Shown: in pieces, positions 10,337 to 20,292 of the stretch
Layout: each line of letters begins with the position of its first letter
Position numbering within the stretch: the stretch's first letter is position 1
From: Candidatus Aenigmatarchaeota archaeon
GTDB taxonomy: Archaea; Aenigmatarchaeota; Aenigmatarchaeia; CG10238-14; SCSR01
Reading direction: 5' to 3'
Assembly: GCA_038999725.1 (NCBI GenBank)
Contig: JAWBWS010000004.1
Coordinates: 10,296-74,295, forward strand
DNA: 64,000 bases
Position numbers and translations under genes: made by a program
Notes under the pieces: model-generated
Database searches by the model: none
What the model saw: the letters and a program-made list of their open reading frames with translations, nothing else
Told to the model about the DNA's origin: nothing

Positions 10337-10852
10337 TTAACCTTTCTCCAAGAGCTTTCTTTCCATTTCCACAAATTCTTTATGCTTGCCTTCAATTTCA
10401 CTTAAAGTTTTCTTAATCCTCTCATGCTCTTTTTTCAGCTCTTCAGGAATTGGCAACTTCTTTTTTAAGTAATAGTTATAGAGAGCTTCATGCAAAGCAT
10501 CTATAGCTAGAATTGAGCAATGAATCTTGAAGGGTGGTAAAGGTTTGCCAAGTTTTTTTATCAAATCTTCTTTTTTGATTTTCATCACTTCTTCTAAAGT
10601 TTTTCCCTTCACCATTGTTGTAAGCATGCTACTGTTGGCAATGGCAACAATGCATCCAAAAGTCTCAAATTTTATATCTTTGATTATTTTTTTCCCTCTT
10701 TTTTCTTCAATTTTCAAATAGAGTCTCATCACATCCCCACAAACAAGATTCCCAGCCTCACCAATTGCATCAGGATTTTTAATTTTACCCATGTTTCTTG
10801 GTTCTTTGAAATGTCGGATTATTTGCTTAGAGTAGGGGAAAAACTGTTTCAC
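10337..10852 (-). CDS. iscU: Fe-S scaffold IscU/NifU
   Basis: HFKEPRNMG, GNLVCGD, FETFGC, KIHCS. Confidence 0.92.
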   Translation of the reverse strand: MKQFFPYSKQIIRHFKEPRNMGKIKNPDAIGEAGNLVCGDVMRLYLKIEEKRGKKIIKDIKFETFGCIVAIANSSMLTTMVKGKTLEEVMKIKKEDLIKKLGKPLPPFKIHCSILAIDALHEALYNYYLKKKLPIPEELKKEHERIKKTLSEIEGKHKEFVEMERKLLEKG

Positions 10853-10853
10853 A

Positions 10854-12011
10854 TCACCACTTTTTCTTGTAGGGGGAAATTTCCCTTAACTTTGCCACAA
10901 TTCCTGGTAGAACTTTTAAAACATAATCAACTTCCCTTTCACTAGACCATCTTCCCAAACTAAGCCTTAGGCTTCCATGGGCTTCATGAGGCTTCAATCC
11001 AATGGCAAGCAATACATGACTTGGTTCAAGAGATTCGGAAGAACAAGCAGAACCTGTTGAAGCTGCTATCCCTTTCATGTCCAAATAAGTTACTAAACTT
11101 TCACCTTCTATGAAATCAAATCTAAAGTTAGCATTGTTTGGTAATCTTTTTTTCGGGTGACCGTTCAAGTAAGATTTTTCTATTTTTAATACCCCTTTTA
11201 TCAACTTATCCCTAAGCTTGGTAAGCCTCTTGGCTTCAGACTTCATCTCTTTCCTTGCAATTTCGGCCGCAACACCAAAACCAACTATACCAGCAACATT
11301 AACTGTGCTGGAGCGCAACCCAAACTCATGGCCCCCACCATGAAGCAGTGGCTCAATTTTTACCCCATCGTTAAGATACAATGCCCCAACACCTTTCGGC
11401 CCATACATCTTGTGAGCACTAACTGTTAACAAATCGACTTTCATCTTCTCTACATCAACTGGAATTTTTCCATAGCTTTGGGCAGCATCTGTGTGGAAGT
11501 AAACCCCTTTTCTTCTGCAAATTTTTCCTATTTCTTCTATTGGCTCTATCGTTCCAATTTCATTGTTTGCATGCATGATTGAAACCAAAATTGTGTCTTT
11601 CCTTATAGCATTTTCCACATCTTCAGGATTCACAAGACCATATTTATCCACAGGTAGATAAGTGACTTGAAAACCCTGAGTTTCAAGCCAACGAGCAGCT
11701 TCTAGTATACAGTGATGCTCTATTGCTGAAACTATTATGTGGTTTCCCTTGTCACGATTGGCAAAAGCTATTCCCTTCAAAGCAAAGTTGTTTGCTTCGG
11801 TTGCACTGCTGGTAAAAACTACTTTACCGTTTTTAGCATTCATCAACTTCGCAACTTTTTCTCTGGAATCTTCTAAAGCTCTCTTGGCTTCTTGGCCGAA
11901 AGAGTGTAAACTCATGCTATTTCCAAATTTCTTTGAAAAGTATGGTAGCATAGCCTTCAAAACTCTTGGATCTACAGGCGTGGTTGCTGCATAGTCCATA
12001 TAAACTCTCAT
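10854..12011 (-). CDS. iscS: Cysteine desulfurase IscS/NifS
   Basis: YMDYAATTP, HTDAAQ, SAHKMYGPKG, STGSAC. Confidence 0.95.
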   Translation of the reverse strand: MRVYMDYAATTPVDPRVLKAMLPYFSKKFGNSMSLHSFGQEAKRALEDSREKVAKLMNAKNGKVVFTSSATEANNFALKGIAFANRDKGNHIIVSAIEHHCILEAARWLETQGFQVTYLPVDKYGLVNPEDVENAIRKDTILVSIMHANNEIGTIEPIEEIGKICRRKGVYFHTDAAQSYGKIPVDVEKMKVDLLTVSAHKMYGPKGVGALYLNDGVKIEPLLHGGGHEFGLRSSTVNVAGIVGFGVAAEIARKEMKSEAKRLTKLRDKLIKGVLKIEKSYLNGHPKKRLPNNANFRFDFIEGESLVTYLDMKGIAASTGSACSSESLEPSHVLLAIGLKPHEAHGSLRLSLGRWSSEREVDYVLKVLPGIVAKLREISPYKKKW

Positions 12012-12119
12012 TTTCACAACCTCAAAACACTTTTTCTCCTAAAACCTTTCTTGTAAATTCTTTTATACCTCTTCTTTTTTTCAGGGAATTCTATTTTATC
12101 AACATCAAAGCCCATCAAA

Positions 12120-12416
12120 TCATCCTTTCCTACAATATTCACAAACTATTTTCTGAAAGCTTGATCTCTTGAAAGTTTTGCTCTCAATTGCTTTAACGAT
12201 TTCTTCAGAAATTTTTCTTGCAGCCTTACTTTTTTCCAGCTTTTTTATTTCCTTCGTGTATTTTCCAGACAAATACTTGCTTATTGCTGCTTGAGTTAAG
12301 CCAAGCTTTTTTGCTATTTCTTCCTGCTTTAGGCCTTTAGCATAGAGTAACTTTGCTGTTCTCACTCTAACAGCTGGAATTATTTGTCTTACCATGACTT
12401 CACAAAGCACAGACAT
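12120..12416 (-). CDS. HTH transcriptional regulator (COG2522-like) heading the isc operon
   Basis: LCEVMVRQIIPAVR...LKQEEIAKKLGLTQAAISKYLSGK. Confidence 0.8.
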   Translation of the reverse strand: MSVLCEVMVRQIIPAVRVRTAKLLYAKGLKQEEIAKKLGLTQAAISKYLSGKYTKEIKKLEKSKAARKISEEIVKAIESKTFKRSSFQKIVCEYCRKG

Positions 12417-12528
12417 GATAATTTTTTACAACTTGGTTATATTTATGCTTTAAAGTCAGCTTTAAATCTTCTAGAAAAAAGATTTTTAAATGAAGTATTT
12501 AAGATTAATTTAAGGAGTTTGAAAGTGT

Positions 12529-12731
12529 GCGCCAGTAGTCTAGTCTGGTAGGACACGAGAAGTTTTTCGTGAACTTCCCAAGTTTGGAGAGAGCTTGGGA
12601 CCCGGGTTCAAATTTGAGTGAGGATATGTTTAAAGTTTTGATAAGAATAGGTTTAAAATACAAATAGGTTTTACATCTTGAGAAAATGCTAAAATTGCTG
12701 TCCTCACTCAATGAAAATCCCGGCTGGCGCA
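12529..12731 (+). tRNA. tRNA-Gly(CCC) with three introns: 30/31 (12560-12573), 37/38 (12581-12591), 59/60 (12613-12717)
   Basis: Acceptor GCGCCAG/CTGGCGC; BHB helices CACG/CGTG, TTCC/GGAG and TTCA/TGAA; spliced anticodon arm CGAGC-TTCCCAA-GCTTG. Confidence 0.9.
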
Positions 12732-12986
12732 CTTAATCCATGCTTCAATTCTCTTTTTCCTAAGACTAAGTCAAACCAAAAACTCTTCCCATAAATTCTC
12801 AAATTTTCTAAACATTTTATCTCTAAGTTTTTCGAATTCAGACTTAAACTACTTGATTCTGTTGAAAGACTCTATCTTTAGAAAATGGAAGATTAGAATA
12901 AATAAAATTAAGTTGAGTATAATAATAATTATGAAAAAGAAGGAGGTTGACAAAATTGAAATTTTGTCCAAATTCCTGAAAAAGAG

Positions 12987-13376
12987 TTGAAAAGAGAGTT
13001 AAGAAAACTGATTAAAAATATGAAATGGAGATATGCTAGTTTTTTCCATAGATATACTGTATTGCTTAGAAAAAAAGGCTTGAAGATAGATTTAAGGCAC
13101 GAGTATGTTGCAAAAGACAATCCTGAAAAATTCCATGCTACAAAAAGAGATTTGTCTAGACTTTACGATTTGATGAAGGAGTACATTAGGAGGCATGGTA
13201 AAGTAGAACTTTTCAGCCAACAATTAAAGTTGACTCCATATGCTATTCTGGATGGATATAAATATTGGTTTCATCCAAGCAGCGGTACAGAATGTGACGA
13301 CATATCTCCAGTTTTAAACAGAAAACCATTGAAGGGATATGGAAAAATCACAATTCGCAAGTCAAAAAAAGTTTAA
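12987..13376 (+). CDS. Hypothetical protein (start uncertain)
   Basis: ORF with W.YA...HEY...YIRRHG...F...Y..LDGYKYW...LNR pattern. Confidence 0.6.
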   Translation: MKRELRKLIKNMKWRYASFFHRYTVLLRKKGLKIDLRHEYVAKDNPEKFHATKRDLSRLYDLMKEYIRRHGKVELFSQQLKLTPYAILDGYKYWFHPSSGTECDDISPVLNRKPLKGYGKITIRKSKKV

Positions 13377-13410
13377 AAACTATTAACCAAAAAATTAAGA
13401 GAGTGGTGAA

Positions 13411-13773
13411 ATGAAGCCAACAGGACCAACAAACCCTTACTTGAAGCAGCTTGTAGAAGAGTTGAAGCAGAAATCTAGAGAGTTAAAAGCTCCAATTTGG
13501 AAAGCTGTGGCCAAAAATCTAGAGAGGCCTAGAAGAAGAAAGGTCGAAGTAAATGTTTACAAGATAGAGAGAAATGCAAAAGAAAATGAAACTGTAATTG
13601 TGCCAGGAGTAGTTTTAGGTAGTGGTGAGATAAAAAAACCAGTTAGAGTGGCAGCTTGGAGATTCTCACCGCAGGCAGAAGAAAAGATAAGAAAAGCTGG
13701 TGGCACCGTGATGAAAATTGAAGATGTTTTGAAAGAAAATCCTAAAGGTAGTAATGTGAAAATTTTGGTGTGA
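13411..13773 (+). CDS. rpl18e: 50S ribosomal protein L18e
   Basis: GPTNP, APIWKAVA..L.RPRR, VPGVVLGSG. Confidence 0.95.
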   Translation: MKPTGPTNPYLKQLVEELKQKSRELKAPIWKAVAKNLERPRRRKVEVNVYKIERNAKENETVIVPGVVLGSGEIKKPVRVAAWRFSPQAEEKIRKAGGTVMKIEDVLKENPKGSNVKILV

Positions 13774-13776
13774 GTC

Positions 13777-14199
13777 ATGATAATCTATGATGCAGAGAAT
13801 CAGATTCTGGGAAGAATTTGCTCAAAGATAGCAAAAGATTTGCTGAATGGAGAGAAGGTTTTTGTTGTGAATTGTGAAAAAGCTGTTGTTTCTGGAAACC
13901 CAAAGCACATTCAAAAAAGATACTTGGAGAAGATTTGGCGAGGAGATGTGAAGCATGGCCCCTTCTTTCCGAGAACTCCAGATGGAATTTTCAGGAGAAC
14001 AGTTCGGGGCATGTTGCCATGGCATAAAGCCAAAGGCAGGAAAGCTTACAAGAACCTAAAGGTTTTTATTGGTCTTCCGGAAGAATTTAAGGGCAAGGAG
14101 CTGAAGAAAGTGAAAGAAGCGGATGCCTCCAAGCTTAAGACTAAATTCATGAGTTTGGGAGAGATATCCTTAGCTATAGGTGCGAAAAAGAGATGGTAA
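13777..14199 (+). CDS. rpl13: 50S ribosomal protein L13
   Basis: DAENQILGR, NCEKAVVSG, RRTVRGMLP. Confidence 0.95.
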   Translation: MIIYDAENQILGRICSKIAKDLLNGEKVFVVNCEKAVVSGNPKHIQKRYLEKIWRGDVKHGPFFPRTPDGIFRRTVRGMLPWHKAKGRKAYKNLKVFIGLPEEFKGKELKKVKEADASKLKTKFMSLGEISLAIGAKKRW

Positions 14200-14232
14200 A
14201 AAGTTTTTCTTAGTATTTCTCAAAATAGAATT

Positions 14233-14913
14233 ATGAAGCTACCCTTGATTCTAATAAATTTCAAGTGTTATGTTTCTGGTAGGAAAGCTTACAGGCTTGC
14301 AAAAATTTGTGAAGAGGTAGTTGAAAAATTTGATGTTAACATAGCAGTTGCTCCCCAGTTCACGGACATAGCGACAATAACAAAAAATTTGAAAATAAGT
14401 GTTTTCGCTCAACACATGGATGCAATAGAGGAAGGAGCTTTCACAGGCCACATAAGCGGGAAAGCTTTGAAGGAAGCTAAGGTAAATGGGGTTATCCTAA
14501 ACCATTCTGAGAAAAAAATGGGCTTGGATGAAATTGAGAAATGTGTGAAAATTGCAAAAAGGTTAAGACTAATCACAGTTTGTTGCGCTAGCAACTTAGA
14601 AGAAGGAAAAGAAATAGCAAATTTTAAGCCAGATTTCTTGGCTTATGAAGATCCTTTTTTGATTGGGACAGGAAGAGCAATTTCTAGAGTCAAGCCGGAT
14701 AGTGTGAGAGAATTTGTTGAGGTTATGGGGAAAATTGAACCTGAAGTAAAGGTTTTGTGTGGAGCTGGAATTTCTTCTGGTGAAGATGTAAAAAAAGCTT
14801 TAGAGCTTGGTACTGTAGGCGTGCTTGTTTCTTCAGCTGTGGTTAAATCAAAAAACCCTAGAAAAGTGTTGGAAGAATTTTGTAAAATTTATAGAATAGA
14901 AAATAAAATCTAA
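14233..14913 (+). CDS. tpiA: Triosephosphate isomerase (archaeal type)
   Basis: INFK, FAQH, LNHSE, YEDPFLIGTG, CGAGIS. Confidence 0.95.
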   Translation: MKLPLILINFKCYVSGRKAYRLAKICEEVVEKFDVNIAVAPQFTDIATITKNLKISVFAQHMDAIEEGAFTGHISGKALKEAKVNGVILNHSEKKMGLDEIEKCVKIAKRLRLITVCCASNLEEGKEIANFKPDFLAYEDPFLIGTGRAISRVKPDSVREFVEVMGKIEPEVKVLCGAGISSGEDVKKALELGTVGVLVSSAVVKSKNPRKVLEEFCKIYRIENKI

Positions 14914-14918
14914 TAATT

Positions 14919-15662
14919 ATGAAGCTGAAAGACAAAGTTGCTGTTGTAACTGGTGCTGGTCAGGGTATAGGAAGAGAAATTGCTCTAGCTTTTGCTAGGG
15001 AAGGGGCAAAAGTTGTTGTCACAGATATAAGTGGAAAGGAAGAAGAAGTGGCAAGAGAAATAGAAAGTCTGGGAAGGGAGGCTTTAGCTCTAAAGCTTGA
15101 TGTTTCCAGCAATGAAGATGCAAAAAAAATGGCAGAAGAAGTCTTGAAGAAATTTGGAAGAATTGACATTCTTGTGAACAATGCTGGAATATTCCCATTC
15201 AAGCCTTTTCTCGAGATGGAGGAAAAAGATTGGGAAAAGGTTTTAAATGTAAACTTGAAGGGGACTTACAATTGCACTAAAGCTGTTGTTGGTGCAATGA
15301 TTCAGCAAAGGTATGGTAAGATAATCAACATTTCTTCAATAGCTGGTTCTGTTGTTGGCTTTCAGCATCTTGTCCACTATTCGGCAAGCAAAGCTGGCAT
15401 AGTAGGTTTCACAAGAGCTTTGGCTTTAGAGCTAGCTCCCTTTGGAATAAACGTGAATGCCATAGCTCCTGGTCCAATAGAGACTCCCGGAACAAAAGCT
15501 TTAGGTACAGAGATGTACGAGCAGATAAAGAAAGCTATACCAATAGGAAGATGGGGGAAACCTGAGGATATAGCAAACTTAGCAGTTTTTCTTGCAAGCG
15601 ATGAATCAAGCCTCATAACAGGGCAGTGTATAGTTGCAGATGGTGGCTACACACTTCAGTGA
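14919..15662 (+). CDS. Short-chain dehydrogenase/reductase (FabG-like)
   Basis: TGAGQGIG, NNAG, YSASK. Confidence 0.9.
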   Translation: MKLKDKVAVVTGAGQGIGREIALAFAREGAKVVVTDISGKEEEVAREIESLGREALALKLDVSSNEDAKKMAEEVLKKFGRIDILVNNAGIFPFKPFLEMEEKDWEKVLNVNLKGTYNCTKAVVGAMIQQRYGKIINISSIAGSVVGFQHLVHYSASKAGIVGFTRALALELAPFGINVNAIAPGPIETPGTKALGTEMYEQIKKAIPIGRWGKPEDIANLAVFLASDESSLITGQCIVADGGYTLQ

Positions 15663-16160
15663 TATTTTATAAGAAACTTGCGCTGAAGGTATTCGTAAGC
15701 TGAAAGAACAGCTTTGGCTCCTTCGCCAGCCACAATTATCTACTTCCATTTCACATCAGTCACATCACCAGCAGCAAACAAACCAGCTATGTTGGTCTTA
15801 CAGTTTTGGTCTATATCTATTTCTCCCTTTTTGCTTAGCTTGGCTTAAGACAGATCATGATTATAACACCTTCTACATTCAATTTCAAAACTTCTTTTGT
15901 TTCAAATTCTAGGGTTGTTGAAGATTTTAACAAAACTAAGTTTTTTCACACTATCCCTTAAGATTTCCTCACTCTTAGGTCTTGGACCAATATGTTTTTC
16001 TTTTTGTTGAGATCTTGAAAAGTTCCTTCTCTTTACTCACTTCTTTCAACATCTGTAGACAAACTGACTTGGCCACCAACATCGAGAGTTACAAGCAGTT
16101 ATTCCAGCAAGGCTAGCACCAACTATGATGCAATCATAAGGCACGATGCTTTTTTTCCAT
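15656..16160 (-). pseudogene. trxB: Thioredoxin reductase (TrxB) remnant with deletions, frameshifts and a stop
   Basis: YDCIIVGASLAGITA, LDVGGQVSLSTDVE and [46 protein letters not shown] within ~500 bp. Confidence 0.85.
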
Positions 16161-16201
16161 AAAATATATTTAGCCAATTAAACAAAATAATTAAGGATAC
16201 T

Positions 16202-17239
16202 ATGCCGATAAAAGTTGTTGTCAATGGTGTTGGCACAATTGGAAAAAGAGTTGCCCAAGCAATTAAGCTTCAGGATGATATGAAGCTTGTTGGCATATCA
16301 GATGTTGCACCCACAAGCTGGCTGAGAACTGTACTTGAACCAAAAGGCCCTTTGTACAAAACTGACCTCTACGCTTCCAATCAAGATGGAATGAAGGCTT
16401 TGACTGAAGGTGGAATGTATGTCAAAGGTTTTCTCGAAGACTTGCTAGCCTCTGGTGAAGTTGATGTTGTATGTGATTGCACACCTGCAAAGATTGGAGA
16501 GAAGAACAAACCCTTGTACCAAAAATACAAGGTGAAAATGGTCTTCCAAGGTGGGGAAAAACCTGAGGTTGCTGATTTAAGTTTTGTGGCAATAGCAAAT
16601 TACGAGAAGGCTTTGAACAAAGATTCTGTTAGGGTTGTAAGTTGCAACACAACCTCACTTGTAAGGACAATCTTCACCATAGATCAAAAATTTGGAGTAG
16701 AAGAGGTTTTTGCTGCTTTGGTGAGAAGGGCAACAGACCCTTGGGATGAAAGGTCTGGCCCAATAAATGCAATTGTTCCCGAGACTCACGTTCCCTCCCA
16801 TCAAGGTCCTGATTTACAAACAGTGTTGCCTCATATAAACATAAAAACTATGGCAGTGAAAGTTCCTTCAACTTTGGCTCATTTACACATGGTCATAGGC
16901 AAAATCAAGAAGCAAGCAAGCAAGGAAGAGTTCAAAAAAGCTTTTGAAGAGGGTTCAAGGATGATATTGCTCAAGGCTTCTCACGGCTATACTGCAACTT
17001 CTGAAATAATAGAGAGATATAGAGATCTTTGCAGGCCAAGGTATGACATGTATGAAGTTGCGATTTGGGACGAATCTGTAACAGTAGAAAAAAATAGATT
17101 CTACTGGATGCACGCCGTACATTCAGAAGCCATAGTTATCCCTGAAACTATAGATGCGATAAGAGCAATAACAGGAATTGAAACCGATAAGTTTAAGTCG
17201 ATAGAAAAAACAAACAAGAGCTTGGGAATTGAGAAGTGA
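16202..17239 (+). CDS. gap: Glyceraldehyde-3-phosphate dehydrogenase, archaeal type II
   Basis: NGVGTIGKRVA, FQGGEK, VVSCNTT, RRATDP. Confidence 0.95.
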   Translation: MPIKVVVNGVGTIGKRVAQAIKLQDDMKLVGISDVAPTSWLRTVLEPKGPLYKTDLYASNQDGMKALTEGGMYVKGFLEDLLASGEVDVVCDCTPAKIGEKNKPLYQKYKVKMVFQGGEKPEVADLSFVAIANYEKALNKDSVRVVSCNTTSLVRTIFTIDQKFGVEEVFAALVRRATDPWDERSGPINAIVPETHVPSHQGPDLQTVLPHINIKTMAVKVPSTLAHLHMVIGKIKKQASKEEFKKAFEEGSRMILLKASHGYTATSEIIERYRDLCRPRYDMYEVAIWDESVTVEKNRFYWMHAVHSEAIVIPETIDAIRAITGIETDKFKSIEKTNKSLGIEK

Positions 17240-17243
17240 ACTC

Positions 17244-18479
17244 ATGAAAGAATATTTTACCTTAGAAGATTTTGAGTTAGAGGGAAAAACTGTTCTGTTG
17301 AGAGCAGATTTGAATGCACCTTACAACAAAAAAGAGAAAAGAATAGAAGATTGTGATAGGATAAGGGAGCATGCAAAGACCATAAAATTTTTAATTGAGA
17401 AAGGAGCAAAAGTTGTTGTTATTGCTCACCAAGGAAGGAAAGGGGAGGAGGATTTCACAAGCTTAGAGCAACATGCGAAACTTTTGAGCAAACATTTGGG
17501 AAGAGAAGTAAAATTTGTTAATGATGTTATTGGAGAAAAAGCTTTAAATGAAATAAAGAATTTAAAAGAGGGTGAAGTCCTGCTTCTGGAGAATGTAAGG
17601 TTTTTGGAAGAGGAAACTCAAGAGAAAAGTCCTGAGGAACATTCTAAGAGCAAGCTTGTACAAACTTTAGCTCCACTTGCTGATCTTTTCGTTCAAGATG
17701 CTTTTTCTGCATCTCACAGGTCTCATGCTTCTATTGTTGGTTTTGCACCCCTTTTGCCAACAGTTGCTGGTAAAATCATGGAAAAAGAAATAAGCTCAGT
17801 GGAAAAGGTTTTGCAGCCTGAAGCAAATGTTTTCATCCTAGGGGGAGCAAAACCTGATGATTGCTTGAATATAATGGAGCACTTTCTTGAGAAAAAGCTG
17901 GAATGTGTGGAAAAAGTTTTGACTTGTGGCACTGTTGGTGAAGTCTTCTTGATGGCAAGGGGCTACAAGTTAGGTAAAGCTACAGAAAAATTTTTTGAAG
18001 AAAAAGGATTTTTAGACTTAATACCTCAGGCAAAAAGGCTTTTGGATGAACATCAAGAAAAAATAGAAATTCCGAAAGATGTTGCTGTGGAAGAGGGAGG
18101 GAGAAGAAAAGAGGTTGATATAGAAGAACTACCTTCAAGTTCAATGATTCTTGACATAGGAAGGAAAACCATTGAAAATTACGTTAAAATCATAAATAGG
18201 GCTAAAACAATAGTTGTGAAAGGTCCAGCAGGAGTTTATGAAAAAGAGGGGTTTGAAGTTGGAACCAGGGAAATTCTTGAAGCTATAGCCAATTCAAAAG
18301 CTTTCAGTTTGATTGGTGGTGGAGATACCGGGCTAGCAATAGAAAAGCTTGGTATAGGGGGAGAAAAATTCTCTTACATAAGCTTGGGTGGCGGAGCCTT
18401 GATAACCTACCTTTCAGGAAAGCCTATGCCTGGAATAGAAGCCTTGAAACTATCTTACCAGAAATTTAAGGAAAAATAA
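17244..18479 (+). CDS. pgk: Phosphoglycerate kinase
   Basis: RADLNAP, AHQGR, LLENVRF, GGAKPDD, SLGGGA. Confidence 0.95.
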   Translation: MKEYFTLEDFELEGKTVLLRADLNAPYNKKEKRIEDCDRIREHAKTIKFLIEKGAKVVVIAHQGRKGEEDFTSLEQHAKLLSKHLGREVKFVNDVIGEKALNEIKNLKEGEVLLLENVRFLEEETQEKSPEEHSKSKLVQTLAPLADLFVQDAFSASHRSHASIVGFAPLLPTVAGKIMEKEISSVEKVLQPEANVFILGGAKPDDCLNIMEHFLEKKLECVEKVLTCGTVGEVFLMARGYKLGKATEKFFEEKGFLDLIPQAKRLLDEHQEKIEIPKDVAVEEGGRRKEVDIEELPSSSMILDIGRKTIENYVKIINRAKTIVVKGPAGVYEKEGFEVGTREILEAIANSKAFSLIGGGDTGLAIEKLGIGGEKFSYISLGGGALITYLSGKPMPGIEALKLSYQKFKEK

Positions 18480-18504
18480 AAAGGAAGAACTTCAAATAAT
18501 TATT

Positions 18505-19449
18505 ATGTTTGATGTCGTTTGTATTGGCCATGTTCTTTATGATACAAGGTCTTTTGTTGAAGAATTCCCGAAGCCTGACAAAATGACATTCGTCAAGGGC
18601 ACAATCACCCATAGCATAGGCGGTTCTGCCACAAATGTTGCTTGTAATCTTTCCAAGCTTGGGATGAAAACTGCCCTGATTGGGAAAATAGGATATGATG
18701 ATCATGGCCAATACTTGCTCAGTCAATTGAAATTCTATGGCGTTGAATCAAAATACATTAAAATAACAACTGAAAAACCTACAGGAGTTTCGATGATAGT
18801 TATAGATAAAAGTGGAGAGCCTCTCTTATTTGAGATGGTTGGTGCAAATGAACCCCTACACAAAAGTGATATATCAAAGGAGGCTATAGAAAATTCTTCT
18901 CATGTACACATGAGTGGTACAACCCTGGAAGCTTTGGCTCACGCTGCTAAACTTGCAAAAAAATTGAATAAAACTGTTTCTTTTGACCCAGGGAGAAGCA
19001 AATCTCAAGAAGGATTCAAGAAGCTTTACAAGATTTTAAAAAATGTAGACATTTTGATAACAACCAAAGTTGAAGCAATAAGGATTGTTGGCAACCCAAG
19101 TTACGACTTTCAAAAAGCCGTAGAATTTTTGAGGGAGAAAATGAAAGGAAAGATGATTATAGTTAAGAGTGGGAAGGATAAGACCCTTGTCTATTTAGAT
19201 AAGAAGGCTTTTTCAGTTTCTACCATTCCAGTAAAAGTTGTGGACACCATAGGAGCTGGTGATGCTTTTACTGCTGGCTTCTTGCATAAGTTTTTGCAAA
19301 AAGAAAAAATTGAAGAGTGTGTAAAGTTTGCAAATGCTTGTGGTGCTTTGAAAGTTACAAAAGAGGGGGCTGTTGGCTTGCCTTTCAAGGATGAAGTTTA
19401 TGCTTTTTATAAAAAGGTTGAGAAAAAAATTGAAGTAGAGGGAATTTGA
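18505..19449 (+). CDS. PfkB-family carbohydrate kinase
   Basis: GGSATNVA, DTIGAGDAF. Confidence 0.9.
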   Translation: MFDVVCIGHVLYDTRSFVEEFPKPDKMTFVKGTITHSIGGSATNVACNLSKLGMKTALIGKIGYDDHGQYLLSQLKFYGVESKYIKITTEKPTGVSMIVIDKSGEPLLFEMVGANEPLHKSDISKEAIENSSHVHMSGTTLEALAHAAKLAKKLNKTVSFDPGRSKSQEGFKKLYKILKNVDILITTKVEAIRIVGNPSYDFQKAVEFLREKMKGKMIIVKSGKDKTLVYLDKKAFSVSTIPVKVVDTIGAGDAFTAGFLHKFLQKEKIEECVKFANACGALKVTKEGAVGLPFKDEVYAFYKKVEKKIEVEGI

Positions 19450-20292
19450 TTGAGTTTGGAGAAAATTTCTTCCAAAGGTTTTTTCCACATCGTCGCTTTA
19501 GATCACAGACAATCTCTCAAAAAAATGATAAACCCAAGAAATCCTGAGTCTGTATCAAGAAAAATTTTGGAACAAGTGAAGCTTAAACTCTCTAAAGCTT
19601 TTTCTCCCCAAGCTTCTGGAATTTTGCTAGACCCTATATACGGGATGACAGCTATTAAAGCGATAAGAGATAAGTGTGGCTTGATAGTCTCTCTTGAAGA
19701 GTCTGGCTACAAAGAAACTAGGGAAGGAAGAACAACATCTTTAATCAAAAATTTTGGGCCAGAAAAAGTTAAGAGGATTGGTGGGGATGCCGCCAAGCTT
19801 TTGATATATTTCAACCCAAAGGCAAAAAAAGCCAAACAGCAAAAAAAGCTTGTAGAATATGTTGCTACAAGATGTAAAGAAATAGAATTACCATTTGTTT
19901 GTGAGTTTCTCATTTACCCATACAAGGAAAGGGACTTTGAAAGGGAGAGGAGCAAACTGATAATTCAATCTGTAAAAGAGATTTCAAGGCTTGGCATAGA
20001 TTTACTTAAAACAGAATTTCCGGGCAAGCTTGATGAAAAAGCAGAAGTTAACTGTAAAAAACTTGCAAAAGCTAGCAAAGTCCCTTGGGTCTTGTTGAGC
20101 AAAGGAATAAGCTTTGAAGAATTCAAGGAACAATTGAAATTTTCCATGAAATTTGGATGCTCAGGTTTTGCTGTTGGTAGAGCATTGTGGCAAGAGTATT
20201 TTCAAGTAAAAAATAAAGAAGAATTTTTGAGAGAAGTTTGTTTGAAGAGATTGAAAGAATTGAAAGAAATAGTAAGCGAAAAATTCATTTGA
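19450..20292 (+). CDS. LacD-family class I aldolase (tagatose/fructose-1,6-bisphosphate)
   Basis: ALDHRQSL, ILLDPIYG, LEESGY, DLLKTEFP, PWVLLS.G, GRALW. Confidence 0.85.
   Translation: MSLEKISSKGFFHIVALDHRQSLKKMINPRNPESVSRKILEQVKLKLSKAFSPQASGILLDPIYGMTAIKAIRDKCGLIVSLEESGYKETREGRTTSLIKNFGPEKVKRIGGDAAKLLIYFNPKAKKAKQQKKLVEYVATRCKEIELPFVCEFLIYPYKERDFERERSKLIIQSVKEISRLGIDLLKTEFPGKLDEKAEVNCKKLAKASKVPWVLLSKGISFEEFKEQLKFSMKFGCSGFAVGRALWQEYFQVKNKEEFLREVCLKRLKELKEIVSEKFI

Noticed and set aside
12613..12717. C/D guide in the long tRNA-Gly intron
   Set aside because: No box C or C' (GATGA) sequence is present.
12505..12732. 75-aa minus-strand ORF
   Set aside because: It is antisense to tRNA-Gly.
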